The notes under the pieces were generated by a model that worked only from the letters and a program-made list of their open reading frames with translations, was not told the DNA's origin and made no database searches. Made by a program: the position numbers and the translations under genes. Positions 1-12,407 of a DNA stretch of 61,815 bases are shown here, one piece after another (position 1 is the first letter of the stretch; each line of letters starts with the position of its first letter). Source of the stretch: Octopus sinensis (Eukaryota); the NCBI RefSeq assembly GCF_006345805.1, contig NW_021832249.1, positions 1-61,815 on the forward strand, written 5' to 3'.

Positions 1-24
1 ACTCTTGGAGCGGACTGTATTTGT

Positions 25-330
25 ATGTTAGCAATGACGGTACCCCGAGAGCCGATCACTCTTCGAAACAAGTTTCAAGGAATTGGCTATGAAGTCTCAA
101 AAGGACTGGCCGAACGAAGAGCACATGTCATCTTAGCCTGTCGAAATATCCCCAAAGCACAGCTTGCAGCCAAAGAACTCACAGACATTACTGGCAACCC
201 AAACATTCACGTGATGGAACTCGATCTGGCCTCATTTGACTCAGTAAGACAGTTCTCAGAGCAGCTCCACGAGTCCGATTCAAGCATATCCGCCCTCGTC
301 CACAACGCAGGACTGTCCTGTTCTCAAACG
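25..330 (+). pseudogene. Short-chain dehydrogenase/reductase (retinol dehydrogenase-like), N-terminal fragment cut by a hAT remnant
   Basis: GIGYEVSKGLAERRAHVILACRN...ELDLASFDSVRQF...LVHNAG are classical SDR Rossmann motifs. Homology stops after NAG where hAT sequence begins, and no YxxxK exon is seen downstream. Confidence 0.8.
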
Positions 331-711
331 CATGTGACCCCCAGGATTTTTTTTGCAGCCCCTCTAGAGTAACTAACTCTTTAAATTTTTTAATAATGTT
401 TAAATTTAATTATTCATTCTTAAGGTTAAACATATCCATAATTGGCGATTTCATTACTCAATTTGAAGCACGTTTTGGGATACATTTATATAAATTTAAT
501 TTTTAGAATTTTAAAGAATTCCTTCCTTTAATGAAAATATTCGCAACTCCATTCAGCGTGGAAATTAAGGATGCGCCTGCAAAGTTTCAACTTGAACTCA
601 TTAATTTACAACATGATATAGAACTGGCGGCATTGTTCAAAAATGCGTCCTTTATTAATTTTTACGAATTAATTCCTCAAGACAAATTCAAAAATATAAC
701 ACACAATGCAT
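317..711 (+). mobile_element. Non-autonomous hAT (Buster/SPIN-like) remnant; continues at 4237-4268 after the R4-like insertion
   Basis: Near-identical to the reverse complement of 35655-35970 and 34009-34082. Carries transposase C-terminal text KFQLELINLQHDIEL...FYELIPQDKF. Confidence 0.8.
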
Positions 712-3700
712 CCAATGTTTAATAAAAATTAATTATGTAAATTCTATCTTAAATTATTTAAGAATCCAGATCGTCAGTGATTTCTCTTCTTCGCTTGGAA
801 GAAGAGTTTGCAACAAAATTCTCATCATTTTCCATTTCTGCGTCAAAGTAATTGTTCAACTGAGTGTCCTCACGAAATGCCAGCTCCGCAAGTTGATTGG
901 CGGCAGAGGCGTACTCCTCGTTGTCTACCTTCATCCCATGTCTGTGTTCAATAAGCATACTCTCTAGAGTCCTCTTCAGCACAACCGACTGGATGTATGT
1001 CCTCGTTCCTTCTTCAATGGATAATTTGTCCATATGACTTTTAAAGAACTTTGAGACAACTCCATCCCATGTCAAGACAATTGGAATAATCTTCACTTTT
1101 GCTTCATAGAGAACCGACAGTTCGTTTGCAAGCAGGTCATATTTGTGAAATTTCTCCACTTCAACTTGCTTTAAACGGTCTTGCGAGGTAACTCCCACTT
1201 CGATTAAATGAATTTCTCTTTTCCTCTTGTCATAAACGAAGATATCAGGTTTATTGAATTGAACCTTTGTTTCAGTCATAATTGAAGTGTCAACTCTGAT
1301 TTCGACATTTTGGGTCGACATTGTTGACACGACTGAATGTCCTTTCAATTTCCTGCTTCGTTTTATTCCATACATTCGACACAAGTGGAGATGAATACAC
1401 TTTACCACTTCGTTGTGTCTTCGGAGATAATCACTGTTTAGCATCCTACCACACCGCGTGGCTAGATGGTCAACAGTCTGCCTGCTTTTTTTGCAGTGGA
1501 CGCATAGTGATCCCGTGTATGCAAAGAACAAATTCCTATCTTGCAAAAGACAGTACAATGCTTCGCTTCGTGGACCATTGTTCCCTTTCGATAGCCATTG
1601 CGAAGAAGTAGATATGTCGACATCTGATTCCTCCATACATTTGAACATCACCGAGTGTAGTGATTTACTGTTAATTCGGTTAAGCAAGAGTTTCCTTTGT
1701 GCGTCCTTCAGTAACTCAATGGTCAGATTTTCCCTGCCGACAGCTGCATATTTGGAGACAAGAAATTCTGCGATTGTGGCTAAGTGCCATTTTTTTCCAT
1801 TTATTACTCGCAGAATACCCGACCTCCGCAGACAGGTAGTCGACTGTTTTTCCAAACTTTTAAGAAACTGGAAGAGCATTAATTCGCTTTTGAAAGTCCT
1901 CTTCCAAGGGTCTTGCGGTCCAAATACAACCTCTCCTTATTTGCAGGCTGGAGGTGTGACTTGAGAGTCGTAAGTAATCGGCGTATTTGTTGGTCAATCT
2001 CATCAAATTCGTAAGGTTCAATATTGATTAGCCCAATATAATAATTATATAGGGATAATGCATATTCATCGATTCCACGAAACAAATTTACAGCATTCAG
2101 GTTTGTTTTTGACAACATAGTTATCCTCTTCTTGACATTCTTCAATATAGAGTCCATAACTTTATTCTTGAGAACATTACTTCCGCCATCTTCAAGTACA
2201 CCCAAGTAGCGATATCCGTTGATTCCATCGACAGTCTTACAGCATGATAAAGATTCCACATTAGATGCTGATTTTTCGGAATTCATCTCTAGGCCGAACA
2301 CTTTCAAAAAATCCATTAACAGCCTCCATCATTTTGACTAACACATCTTCTTTGAGCGCAACTATTTTCAGATCGTCAATAAAGAAGAATGATTGGTGGA
2401 GTATGTCAATATTGGGATCTTCCCGATATTTCGAGTTTGGAAACATGGAGTTAAGCATCCTGCTTAGGGGATCCATCGCCATAACGAATAGCAGCGGGGA
2501 CAATGAATCTCTGGGAGTATTCCCGGCTTAACTTTACTTTCCCATTCTTTCCCATCGATATGTAAGTTTACTGTCCACTTCTTGACTATGTTCTTTACAA
2601 AGTTGACAATCCAATGTGGTATTCCAGAGCAATCCAATACGTGGACAAAAGAACTCGTGATCAACTGAGTCAAATGCCTTCTTCACATCGACCCAAGCAG
2701 AATAGAGGCCATTTCCATACTCCTTATTAAGCATTGAGTAATAAGGGCTTGCTCTTTGGCGCCTTGACATTGCTTCCTCGTCCCAGCTGATTATCTGAGA
2801 TTAGCCAAATGCCTCGATGAAATCGGCCAGTTTGGCATTAACACATTTGGTGACAGTTTATACAAAGTTGGCATACACGTTATCGGGCGTAAGTCCTCGG
2901 GGTCTCACACTCACTTTTTTTAGGGATCAAGTAAGTTACGCCAGTGTAAAAACCAGCTATCAGGCGTGTACTCTCCATTAATTATTTCGGACTATCTCTT
3001 TAAACAGAAACCCATGCAAAGAATCCATCTTCTTAAGAAAAAAGTTAACGTTCCGTCGCATCCGCATGCCTTCCAGTCAGGTGCATATTTGAGATATCCA
3101 TAATAAAATCACTTGTGAATTGAGGTCGCATGTTTCACCGCCAGTACACCTCACACCCACAAAATCATAAACTACGGGCACCATATTTTTCTGCTCCAGA
3201 CATCTTCCCAAAATGATAAGCACTCACCATCACCAAACCATACAGGGTGCTTCGTTGCTCGAAGATAAGTTTCGATAAAATCTTCTGCGGTTTAATTCAA
3301 AACACGCATTGTCTTTCCGGAAATTTTTCCTCGAGGAATGGATAGATATCTGTTTCTTTTTGATTCTAATTAGATCAGTCAATAGAGTCTCAATTCTGGT
3401 TAGCTCCCCCTTCTTAGACTTCTTATATCCGTAGCGGCAGAGAACATCCATTGCCTTTTGCTTTTCTGCCTGAGGCAAGGTTTGTTTGGAGAAGGACGAA
3501 CTGTGTCAATTTCATCTGCCAATTTAGAGATTTTCTTTCCGTGTTTTCCAACCATGTGCTCTGTGGTCTGGCTCTCGTAGTTAAGGCCAAATAAGCACAC
3601 TGTGCAGAGAATATCGGTAATTTGATTAATATCTGGGGCGGATCATCTTTTGTAATATGATAAATTGCAGAATTGATCCAGCCAGGATATCAGTTTTTAC

Positions 3701-4236
3701 CATCCTTCGATGCACCTTGGAGTTGGCTTTCGAGAGTCTCTCTGAATAGACTGAACTTTCCCATTTGGAATTTGAGTTCCTCTAGGCAATTTCTGAAACT
3801 GGAAATTTCTACGTCCACATCATCTGCACTCTGGAAGAGTCGCATCCCTTGCACATTGTTATTCCGTCTAGCCATGCTCTTTAGTTGGCATAAACTAGAG
3901 CACTTGCCGAGTACTTCTCATTGAACTTCTCCAGGACAAGGTTCCAACCACCTCTTGGCATCCTTCCAAATCTTTGCTTCGCGGCAAGGGCAATCTGAGA
4001 CACCCATTCGCCTTCAGAGACACCATTGACATTTCCGATGATCGCAGAAAGAGAATGCAAGTTAATTTTGGCAGCATCACCAACAAGATCTTCTTTAACA
4101 CCATTAGCTCTTGTGGCATTGTGAGGTCCCATAGGCGACGGTCCTGTCTTTTTAAGTTCTTTTTATTTGCAGGAAGGCCCGTAGGTTTCGTTTTCCTTAA
4201 CTGCTTGGAAACGTACATGCACACACCACAACAACT
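712..4236 (-). mobile_element. Full-length R4/Dong-like non-LTR retrotransposon (RT + restriction-like endonuclease), copy A, frameshifted
   Basis: RT motifs (DVKKAFDSV, GILQGDSLSP-like, FIDDL), CxxC...HLATRC zinc motif, RHNEV and KPDI...IEVG...K RLE motifs. 12-bp TSD CACACAATGCAT at 700-711 and 4237-4248. Confidence 0.92.
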
Positions 4237-4274
4237 CACACAATGCATATATGAATCTACAAATTAATTTAACT

Positions 4275-5794
4275 AAAAAAATCCATGTTAAAGTAATTAA
4301 TTAATTAGCTTAATCTTCTCTTTTGGCCCATAATCCAGTGACCGTATGGGTGTGTTCTCGTCGAAGCACACTCCACATTCTGAGGCTGCCCTTGGTTGAC
4401 ATTCCGTTTCAGCTTTCTCCTCACTAGGTATCGATTATACCATGCCTCTCTTCAGCCTGCATGCTCTCCAATGTCTTCCTCAGAACCACGTCTGAATATA
4501 TGCTCTCACTCTTTCTTCCAGCTTGAGGACATCAAGATGAACCTTGAAAAATCTTGAGACAATTCCATCCCAGGTCATTATAACAGGGATTATTACTTTT
4601 ACTTTTGCGTGATGAATTGCTTCAAGTTCATTTGCCAATAAGTCATATTTGTGGAACTTCTCAACTTCGACCTGCTTTAGGCAATTTTGCGAAGTAACCC
4701 CCACTTCGATAAGGGTGATTGTATTCCTCACTTTGTCATGGACAAATATATCAGGTTTGTTATTCGCCACAGCTGTATCCGTACTAATCGTAGTATCCAC
4801 ACGAATCCCACAAATTCATTGCTAACAACAGATTGAACTGAGTGTGTCTTAGTCTCTTAGTTTTTTTATTCCATATTACGACAGAGATGTAAGTGAATAC
4901 ATCTGACTACTTCGTTATGCGTCTAAGATATGAGCTATTCAGCATTCTCCCGCACATAGTTGCAAGGTGATCAACTGTTTTTTGCCGAGTTACAATGCGT
5001 GCACTTATTTTCTCCATTATCAAAAAACATGTGTTGTTGCGGTCCTGAAGTAGACAAGTCTCCCTTCAGTCGGGGGAATGATTTCCATTAACCAACCATC
5101 CAGAAGATTCACAACATTTACTTCCGTGTCTTTTAGACATTTAAATAAGATAGAGTGAATCTGCTTCTTTTCAATTTCTTTAAGCAGATATTCATGCTGT
5201 ATTTTCATCAATGTCGACATTGTCAAATCCTTGCAATCTCAAGTTGTACTTTCTGGAAATGAATTCTACGATAGTGGCCATGTGGGTTTTCTTTGAATTA
5301 ATGACCCGTAGAATTCCTTCTTTCTCAGGCAGTATTTGTCTTATGTTCTAAGTCATTATAAAAATGGAGAAGCATCCGTTCAGCTTTATTACTGACAGAC
5401 TCCAGGCCTCTTCCAAATTTATTTCTTGGTAGATACAATCTTCTTTGTTTGTGTGTTGGAAATGTATACGTCTGTCCATAAGAATTCGGCGAATATTCTT
5501 ATCAATCTGCTCAAATTCTCAGGCTCCACATCAGTCAATCCAATGTAATAGTTATAAAGTGAGAGTGCATATTCATTTATCCCTTTAACAGGTTAACTGA
5601 GTTTAAATCAGTTTTTGTCAAATTTTCAATACTCGTAGATACTTCTTTATTGATTTTATTCATAATTTCTTCTTTAAGGACATTACTGTTCTTATCCTCA
5701 AGGACTCCCAAATATTGATATCCATCCAATCCATCAAGGAACCGGGCTTTGCCAGATAATAACTTCACATTTGTTGCGGATTTCTCAAAATTTC
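4275..5794 (-). pseudogene. Second R4/Dong-like family, 3' part (post-RT and RLE domain), degenerate
   Basis: NKPDIFVHDKVRNTITLIEVGVTSQ...KYDLLANEL and YQYLGVLED; diverged paralog of copy A. Confidence 0.8.
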
Positions 5795-7161
5795 TGGACG
5801 GCGCCGTTGAGTGGACACTAAGCAATATTTTTAATTAAAAATATTTTTACAATAATAATCTCCATTAAAAAATCAAAATTATTTAAATAATTTATTAAAT
5901 ATTCCTAATTTTTGTTTAAATTAAGAATCGCGTGAGAGTGAGAATGGTTTGTTGTATCTATTGCAATCCTTTGTTGAAAAATTAATTAATTATATTGAAA
6001 CTGGCTTGATAGAAGATGAAACACAGAGGAAAGAACGTTTTAAAATACGTTCTCTCAAAAAATTTTATTTATGAGCAATCTGTGCTTTTCATTCTGAAAA
6101 ATGGTAAAAAACTAAGATTCTTCACTATCGAACAAAATGAATTTAAGATGAAAACAATTGAGGTAAATATAAAATCAAATTTTGTAGGCTGAACACAATT
6201 TAAACCATTTTGGTCGTGATAGGCTTTATTCCAAACTCTGTGAAGAAATTTATCCGATTACGAGAAAAGAGGTCCTTACTGTTGTAAGCCGGTGTGAAGT
6301 TTGCCAGGTTTAATATTTATGAGCAATATAGGCGATGCGTTTGATGGCCACTAAACCAACTATTACTCCTATTATAGCTTATGAACCACGAGATCGTTAT
6401 TTCATAGATCTAATTGACTTAAGAAGATATGTGTTAAAAGATGAAAATGGAACAGAAATTGAATCCATTCACATTAGTAGACTCAAACGATTAGTTTAAT
6501 TTTTTGGTTAATAAGATTTTAAAAATTGTATAAAAAGTTTTTCAACTTAAAATAAGAAGCAAACACACCGCGGCCGAAGGCCGCATAGGGGAATAGTTGG
6601 ATTCCAAAAAAAATCCGGCCGTAGGCCAATTAGTTTAGGTTGGACTTTAAAAACTACACACCGCGGCCGAAGGCCGCATAGGGGAATATTTGGATTCCAA
6701 AAAAATCCGGCCGTAGGCCAATTGGTTTAGGTTGGACTTACTACCTGAAAGCCTAAGGCTGGATAAGAAGTAATACGTGTGCAGCAATTAAGGTTTGGTT
6801 AGGGTTCCCTTTAGAAATCTGTACTGGTCATCTCTAAAATTGCTGTTAAGATACCAACGTCTATTTTATTTAATAAATTTTACAAATAAATTCGATTTTA
6901 TAACTATTAAAAAGTATTATTTTAAAATGGTAAACCTCGAAATATAATAAACATTATGAATTTTAATCAATAATCCTAGAAAAAACGGTGTGGTTGGTTT
7001 TGTTAGCTCTCCTATTTTCTCAAAAGTCACCAAATTCATCGAAAATAGGCTTAAAATGGGATTTGGAAAAATTAATGTATGTTTTATAGGAGCAAAATTG
7101 AAATAAATGAGATTTTGAAAGTGTCCAACGAACGGCGCCGTCCAGCCTACGGCCGGTGACA
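5795..7161 (+). mobile_element. Internally deleted Ginger2/TDD-like integrase element; left TIR truncated
   Basis: The right TIR (reverse complement TGTCACCGGCCGTAGGCTGGACGGCGCCGTT) ends at 7161 and its inner part recurs at 5795. HHCC text NHFGRDRLY...RCEVCQ, a 24-nt intron at 6308-6331, then MATKP...PRDRYFIDLIDLRRY fused to C-terminal LKDENG...IHISRLKRL. Confidence 0.75.
6563..6739 (+). repeat. Tandem duplication of a ~93-bp unit containing GGCCGAAGGCC and GGCCGTAGGCC mini-palindromes
   Basis: acacaccgcggccgaaggccgcatagggg... occurs at 6563 and 6656; a related single copy is at ~44605. Confidence 0.85.
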
Positions 7162-8150
7162 TTAAATCATATGAATCAACATATTCTGACAATTTCCTGT
7201 TCACACATTTTGTCAATAATTTATATAGATTCAGCATGCACGTGATCAGCCTTAAATCCTTTGGGGAATTACATACATCCACTTTTGGAATGAGATAGGT
7301 CACCCCAGTGTAAAACCACTCCTCAGGTAAATATTCATCATTAATAATCTTTTGAATTTCGGCACAAGGGTGTTCATGGATTGAGTAAAGTTTTTGATAA
7401 AAAAGTTGTATACTCCATCACAACCAGACGCTTTCCAATTTGGAAGCATCTTGATAGTATCATAATTGCCTCTTCCGTAAAATTAGCATAAGAATTCTCA
7501 GATCCAGTTACTTTTTGCTACCCAGAAAATTCTTCTCCCTTCGCTCACCTTATCCAAAATACTAGTCCAAAAAGAAAGGCACTCATCTTCGTCGAAATTA
7601 ATCATCCCTTCTTGTTATCTCCACTAATATTTCTATAGAATCGCCTTCTATTAAGTTCGAAACACCAATTTGCCTTTCTAAATCCTTTTCTCGATTCATA
7701 AATTCTCAACTTTTCTCAATAATCTTGATTTGGTCACACACAACGGAAATAACTCTTTCGAATTCTCCTTCTTGACTTCTTAAACCCATAAGCACAAAAG
7801 GTATTGCGTGTTATCTTCGTCAAACTGATTCTTCCCTTCATTTGACTAGCCATTCGAATTTGCTCAAGTTGCTCTTTAAGTTTGGTAAGTTTGCCTTTCA
7901 TGTTGTCTTCCCAATTACTTTTAATACTATCCCTCTTGGTAAGGGTTCTCATAAGTGCACTGTCCTGCATATATGATGTCCGTGATAACATTAATATCCA
8001 CAATAGGCAACGAATCAATGTACTCCCTTATTGCTGCATTAATACCATTTAAAATTTCCATTTTAAGCAACTGCCTTGGAATTTTCCTAGTAGGGATACA
8101 AAACGTTCCTTCCATTGTAATTACTTTCCCAATTTGGCAACAAACTCCTC
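7162..8150 (-). pseudogene. Second R4/Dong-like family, 5' part (pre-RT to RT start)
   Basis: TYLIPKVDVCNSPKDLRLITCMLNLYKLLTKC and EILNGINAAI...ITDIIYAGQ parallel copy A; cut at YDLMS by the Ginger-like TIR. Confidence 0.75.
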
Positions 8151-11100
8151 AAAGCATTTTTTAAAATTTGCATGGCGTAATTATTATAATCACATTTCAG
8201 CCAATTTGCTAATCATGGCCCACCAATGGTCCAAAGTGGAAGACATCGAAAGAACATTCGAGAACATTCTAGATAAGTCTTCAGCGAAACTTTGTACCCT
8301 AACTGGAGGAATGAGCGACATGGAGAGCCAAGTCCAGTTTTAATTAATTATGGCAGCTGGAAGTCCTCCGAGGATGCGATATTCTGATTTGTACAGTCCC
8401 CTCCTTATTTCGCCGATTGAAAGACAAATCAACCAATTTGGCCCGCTTTGCTTACTTGGTTGTAAAGGAGGCCGACCTCCTGTTGTCCACGTGGACTGAC
8501 GACATGGCCATGCTCATTTATTTGATTGGAGACTCGATGGTTCAAAAAATAGTGGTCTCCTCTCGCTGGAACTTCCATATATCACAATTCAAAGACTTTT
8601 GTCTCCCTTCTGCCCGAGTTGTAATCGATTCCGCGGTGGAGTACTCCGTGATGAAGTCTTGAGTCATGTAGTGTCAGTCATCCCACTGTAGACTGTCCAA
8701 GTGACCCAGGACGACAGAGTTTCCCAACTGAGTTGCCTCTCCCGTACTCTCCGGTCACTCTGCCACCACAGAACTCCTCTTGTCCTCGTATTTGTGAATA
8801 ACATTTCGATGATCTGAATTTGTGGCGAATGTAGAGTTGGGGGTAATTTTTAAAGACATTGAGGCAGTTGGAGATTAATGTGCATGTATTAATCCCCGGA
8901 GTGACCTCCCCTCTCACAACCCAGCCTCCCCGACCATACTGAGTGTCTTTGTCTGTAATATATAGTCAGTAATGGACGATGTCACTGCAAATGGGGTAGT
9001 CGGGCAGATCAGTGCTACTGATATTGTGCATTACGGTTGTACTGACTTTGCCCACTATGAGACTCGGTTTGGATTTATCAGTGCTCGGCTGGGAGTGTCG
9101 AAGGTAGTTTGGGCAATTATGGGTAGACTGTCTCGTCTCATGTTCTAATACACAACTCTCACTCTGGTTTGTATGCCCTTTGCAATTTCTTTGTGACCTT
9201 GATGAGTCGTGCCCAGTTACCGATTCCTGACCCCCTCAGTAGTTTGCTTTCAACAAGAAAGGAAGAAACTGCTTGTAGGACATTTACAGTTTGGATTTTG
9301 CCGGTTGAATCGACTTAAGTATTTCTTAGTTTGGGATTTCAATGTCCGGACAGTCATGGGGGCTCCCATTTTTTGATTATTCGATGACCCTGAGTGCGAT
9401 GGTCTCCCGTCGTCGGGGGATATTCGAATGTTGGTGCTTTCGTGGTCGATGCATCCCATTTCCGCTGTCGGATCATTTCCCACTCCGATTCCGGATCGTG
9501 CACAAAAACGTATGAGAAACAATCCAAGCAACTCAACATTGACATTCTTAAATACTTTTCTAACCAGCAACAGCAGATCAGGCCAGAACACTTTCAAGGG
9601 TGATCGAGTGGCTGTTTTGAGGAGAGAGACATTCAAACGGCACACTCTTTTCAATATTCCCTAGTGCTGTGATAGACGAGTGTCGAGACAATGACTTGGT
9701 CGTGACACTGCTGGACGAAGGGTCTTCTCACATAACTCAGATGGAGAACATTTTGTCCTACCGTCTGTCCTGTCCTCAATTCGGCCACAGGTAGTTGTCT
9801 GAGTGAGTGGAGTCAGGCCGTGGATGTGTATTTGAGTGGGATGTTCCGTGCGATATGAATTCAGAGTGGAATACCCAAGTGAACAGTCACGTGGAACATT
9901 AGTCAAGGAGAACAAGTCGTGGCCCACATTGAGTTGAGGTGACCACTCGTTGTAGACAGTAGAGCGGGGAATACCTTTTGGGTTAACACTCTCATCAAGT
10001 GTTGTAAACTATCCATTTTGGATGTGCCTGTCATGGACTTTGATTTGTTAAACCACTTGATTGTACAGAAAATGGGACAACCCAATAAGATGTATGCTTG
10101 GTTATCATTATAGCACATACACACACTCACTGACGACTCTACGGACACTCCATGTCCAGGTTATCCCCGTTGCCATTGACTAGATCGGAAATTGGGAGGG
10201 AGTCGTTCGAAGGAACTATTTCGGTGGAGATTAGTCATGTTGAGAGTCCGTCATTGTTTATGTGCATAAATGCGACTCGTTGGGGTTGTTCAGAGAAATG
10301 AATGGAGATTTATACAGTCAGTACTCCAAGTTTAAGCACTGTATCCACCCGAAGGAGGGGGATTACGTGATCACATATTTCCGGAAAACAACGCAAGAAA
10401 AGATATTGGTAAGTCTGTGATCTGATGGCAGTTTCCGACGTGGAATTGTGAAGGAGGTGGTCGGGGAATCACGATGTGAGGTCACGTGGGTAGATACGGG
10501 GGGAGACTCCCACTGTAGTAGTGTCGGACATGTATATGATGCCCTCGGAATACTGCCGATTCAATGCCTTTGCTCACTATTGCTGTCTCCTCCAAGGGGG
10601 ACAGTGGTCTGCTCGGGCGAAGGAGGCATTCCAACGGTTGGTGGCGAGACCTGGGGACTATTCCGTGGAGTGTGGTGATGAAGGAGTGGTGAGACTGTTC
10701 TACCACTGTCCATTTCCTATCGACATATTGGAGGAGATGAAATTGATGGGATATTCACCAGATGGAGTAGATGTGGATGTAGTGTTGGGATATATTCTGT
10801 TTAGAGGACTGAAGAGATATGTATTGAGATGAAGGATGTGTTAGACTAGTCAGTCCTGGAGGATTGGCAATATGGATTGCGGAGTCACTTCGTTCATGGT
10901 TGAGTACTGGGGGACTGACGAAGAACTGTGGAATCTCTTGCTGGATTGTTTGAGAAGTCAAGTCATTGACGAGTCTTCTTTTTGAGTCCCGTCTAGTTTA
11001 CATTCTCGAATTGAATTGAAGGTTTTGTTGTTGATTATTGTAGGGCTACGACAAAATCCTACTACCCGACGGACTACTGGATGTCTGGGGTTATTTGGTA

Positions 11101-12405
11101 GACTATGAGAGGTTTGATGTTGTGGGGTGATTGTTAGTTTTTGTGTGCAGGCCATCTATTTGGAGGCCCACTGTGTATTTATTCAACACTTGATGTATGT
11201 GGCCAATGAAGAAAGTCTGTTTTGTGTACGACTTAGTTGACGATTGTAGTGGGACTAACCGTGTTTAGAGATATGACGGACTCCTCAAATATGTTTCCAT
11301 TCCTCTGCAGGCAAATGACGAGAACATTGTGTCCTCGTCACTCCAAGTCTTCTGACACGAGAGCACTGACTGATCCTCAAGTTGTTCTCCCAATTCTAAA
11401 TGCTTCACTGTCACCCTCAGAATAAACCGTTAAATTGTTTTTACATTTCAGAGCTGCATTTCGTTTTGAATGCGAAGTGATGGCCATGTGTGGTATTTGT
11501 TATTTGTTGAGGGAGAGTGAAGACATTCAGGTAGTCTCTCTTTCTTTACATCGCAGGTTTGGAAGAGATACTCAATCTTTTCAAGTCTTATTCCTAATAT
11601 GTCTAATCCATCCTGCCTCATCAAATAAAAATTGTGGAAAATTGAAAAGGTTGTTTTTTCTTCTAATATAGGTATCATCATTTCCTGCCCCACTATCTAC
11701 GACGAGTGAAACACTGCTGGGATTATTCTGCAAACAAGAGGATGAGTCAGTCATACATGCAGTAGAGGCGGCTATCGAGCATGTGCCAGATTTTCCTAGA
11801 AATGTGTAGTCATATTGTTACTTTCAAGTTTCCCCGTTGAGTTTGCTACCTCAATGAAAGAGTTTGGAGGAGGGTTTAATATGGAGGGAAATGGAAAATG
11901 GTAAGATATTATTAATCCCAGGCTACACCCATGGTCACGTGGGCGGAGACAGACTTCAAATTGTTTTCGCAGTCCGTTTAATCAATGTTAAGGACGAGGG
12001 AGTGGTGGTAGTGAGGACAGCCATTATTGTTTCGGTATTGATACAAGTCGAATTTGTAGAGAAAGTCTGAGGGAGGGTTGTATGCGTTCTTCTGCCATTG
12101 AAGGGTTCGGTGGTGTCCTCTTCTCGATACAGAATCTGGTGAATGAAGTGCAGATTGTGTTGAGGAAGAAAGTGGCAGGGCGCTGGAAGTGTGTGTCCAC
12201 TCGTAGTCGAGTATGTGCTCTTGTAATGTCCAGTTGAACTGGTTGGCTGTGGATCCCAAGAGGTTTGTGGATTCGAATCAGAAGATGACGATTCTGACTG
12301 GAAGATAACTATTTCTTCAGCAAAACGTTTGCTTTGTCCCCTTATTTGTAGCCCACATTACCATCTGGATAGTAGTGTGGACGAATTGAGTGAGCCTGAG
12401 GATGT
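8150..12405 (+). pseudogene. TDRD12: TDRD12-like (Yb family): degenerate DEAD-like helicase + extended Tudor + C-terminal CS/p23 domain; several frameshifts and stops, 5' end missing
   Basis: Spliced reading gives LRGCDILICTVPSLFRRLKDKSTNLARFAYLVVKEADLLL, TDIVHYGCTDFAHYETRF, ISVEISHVESPSLF...RGIVKEV...VTWVDTGE...SDMYMMPSEY, then PMVTWAETD...VQIVLRKKVAGRW...NWLAVDPKRF. GT-AG introns at 8177-8200, 8332-8356, 10409-10431 and 11901-11921. Confidence 0.7.
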
Positions 12406-12407
12406 TA

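Noticed and set aside
713-720. CAATGTTT at the 3' junction of both R4-like copies as a specific target site
   Set aside because: The TSDs of both copies lie outside it, so it is part of the element's 3' end
1321-1964. Plus-strand ORFs 1321-1611 and 1458-1964, and equivalents at 24426-25163, 30662-31321 and 49715-50176
   Set aside because: Antisense shadows of retroelement ORFs with no independent motifs
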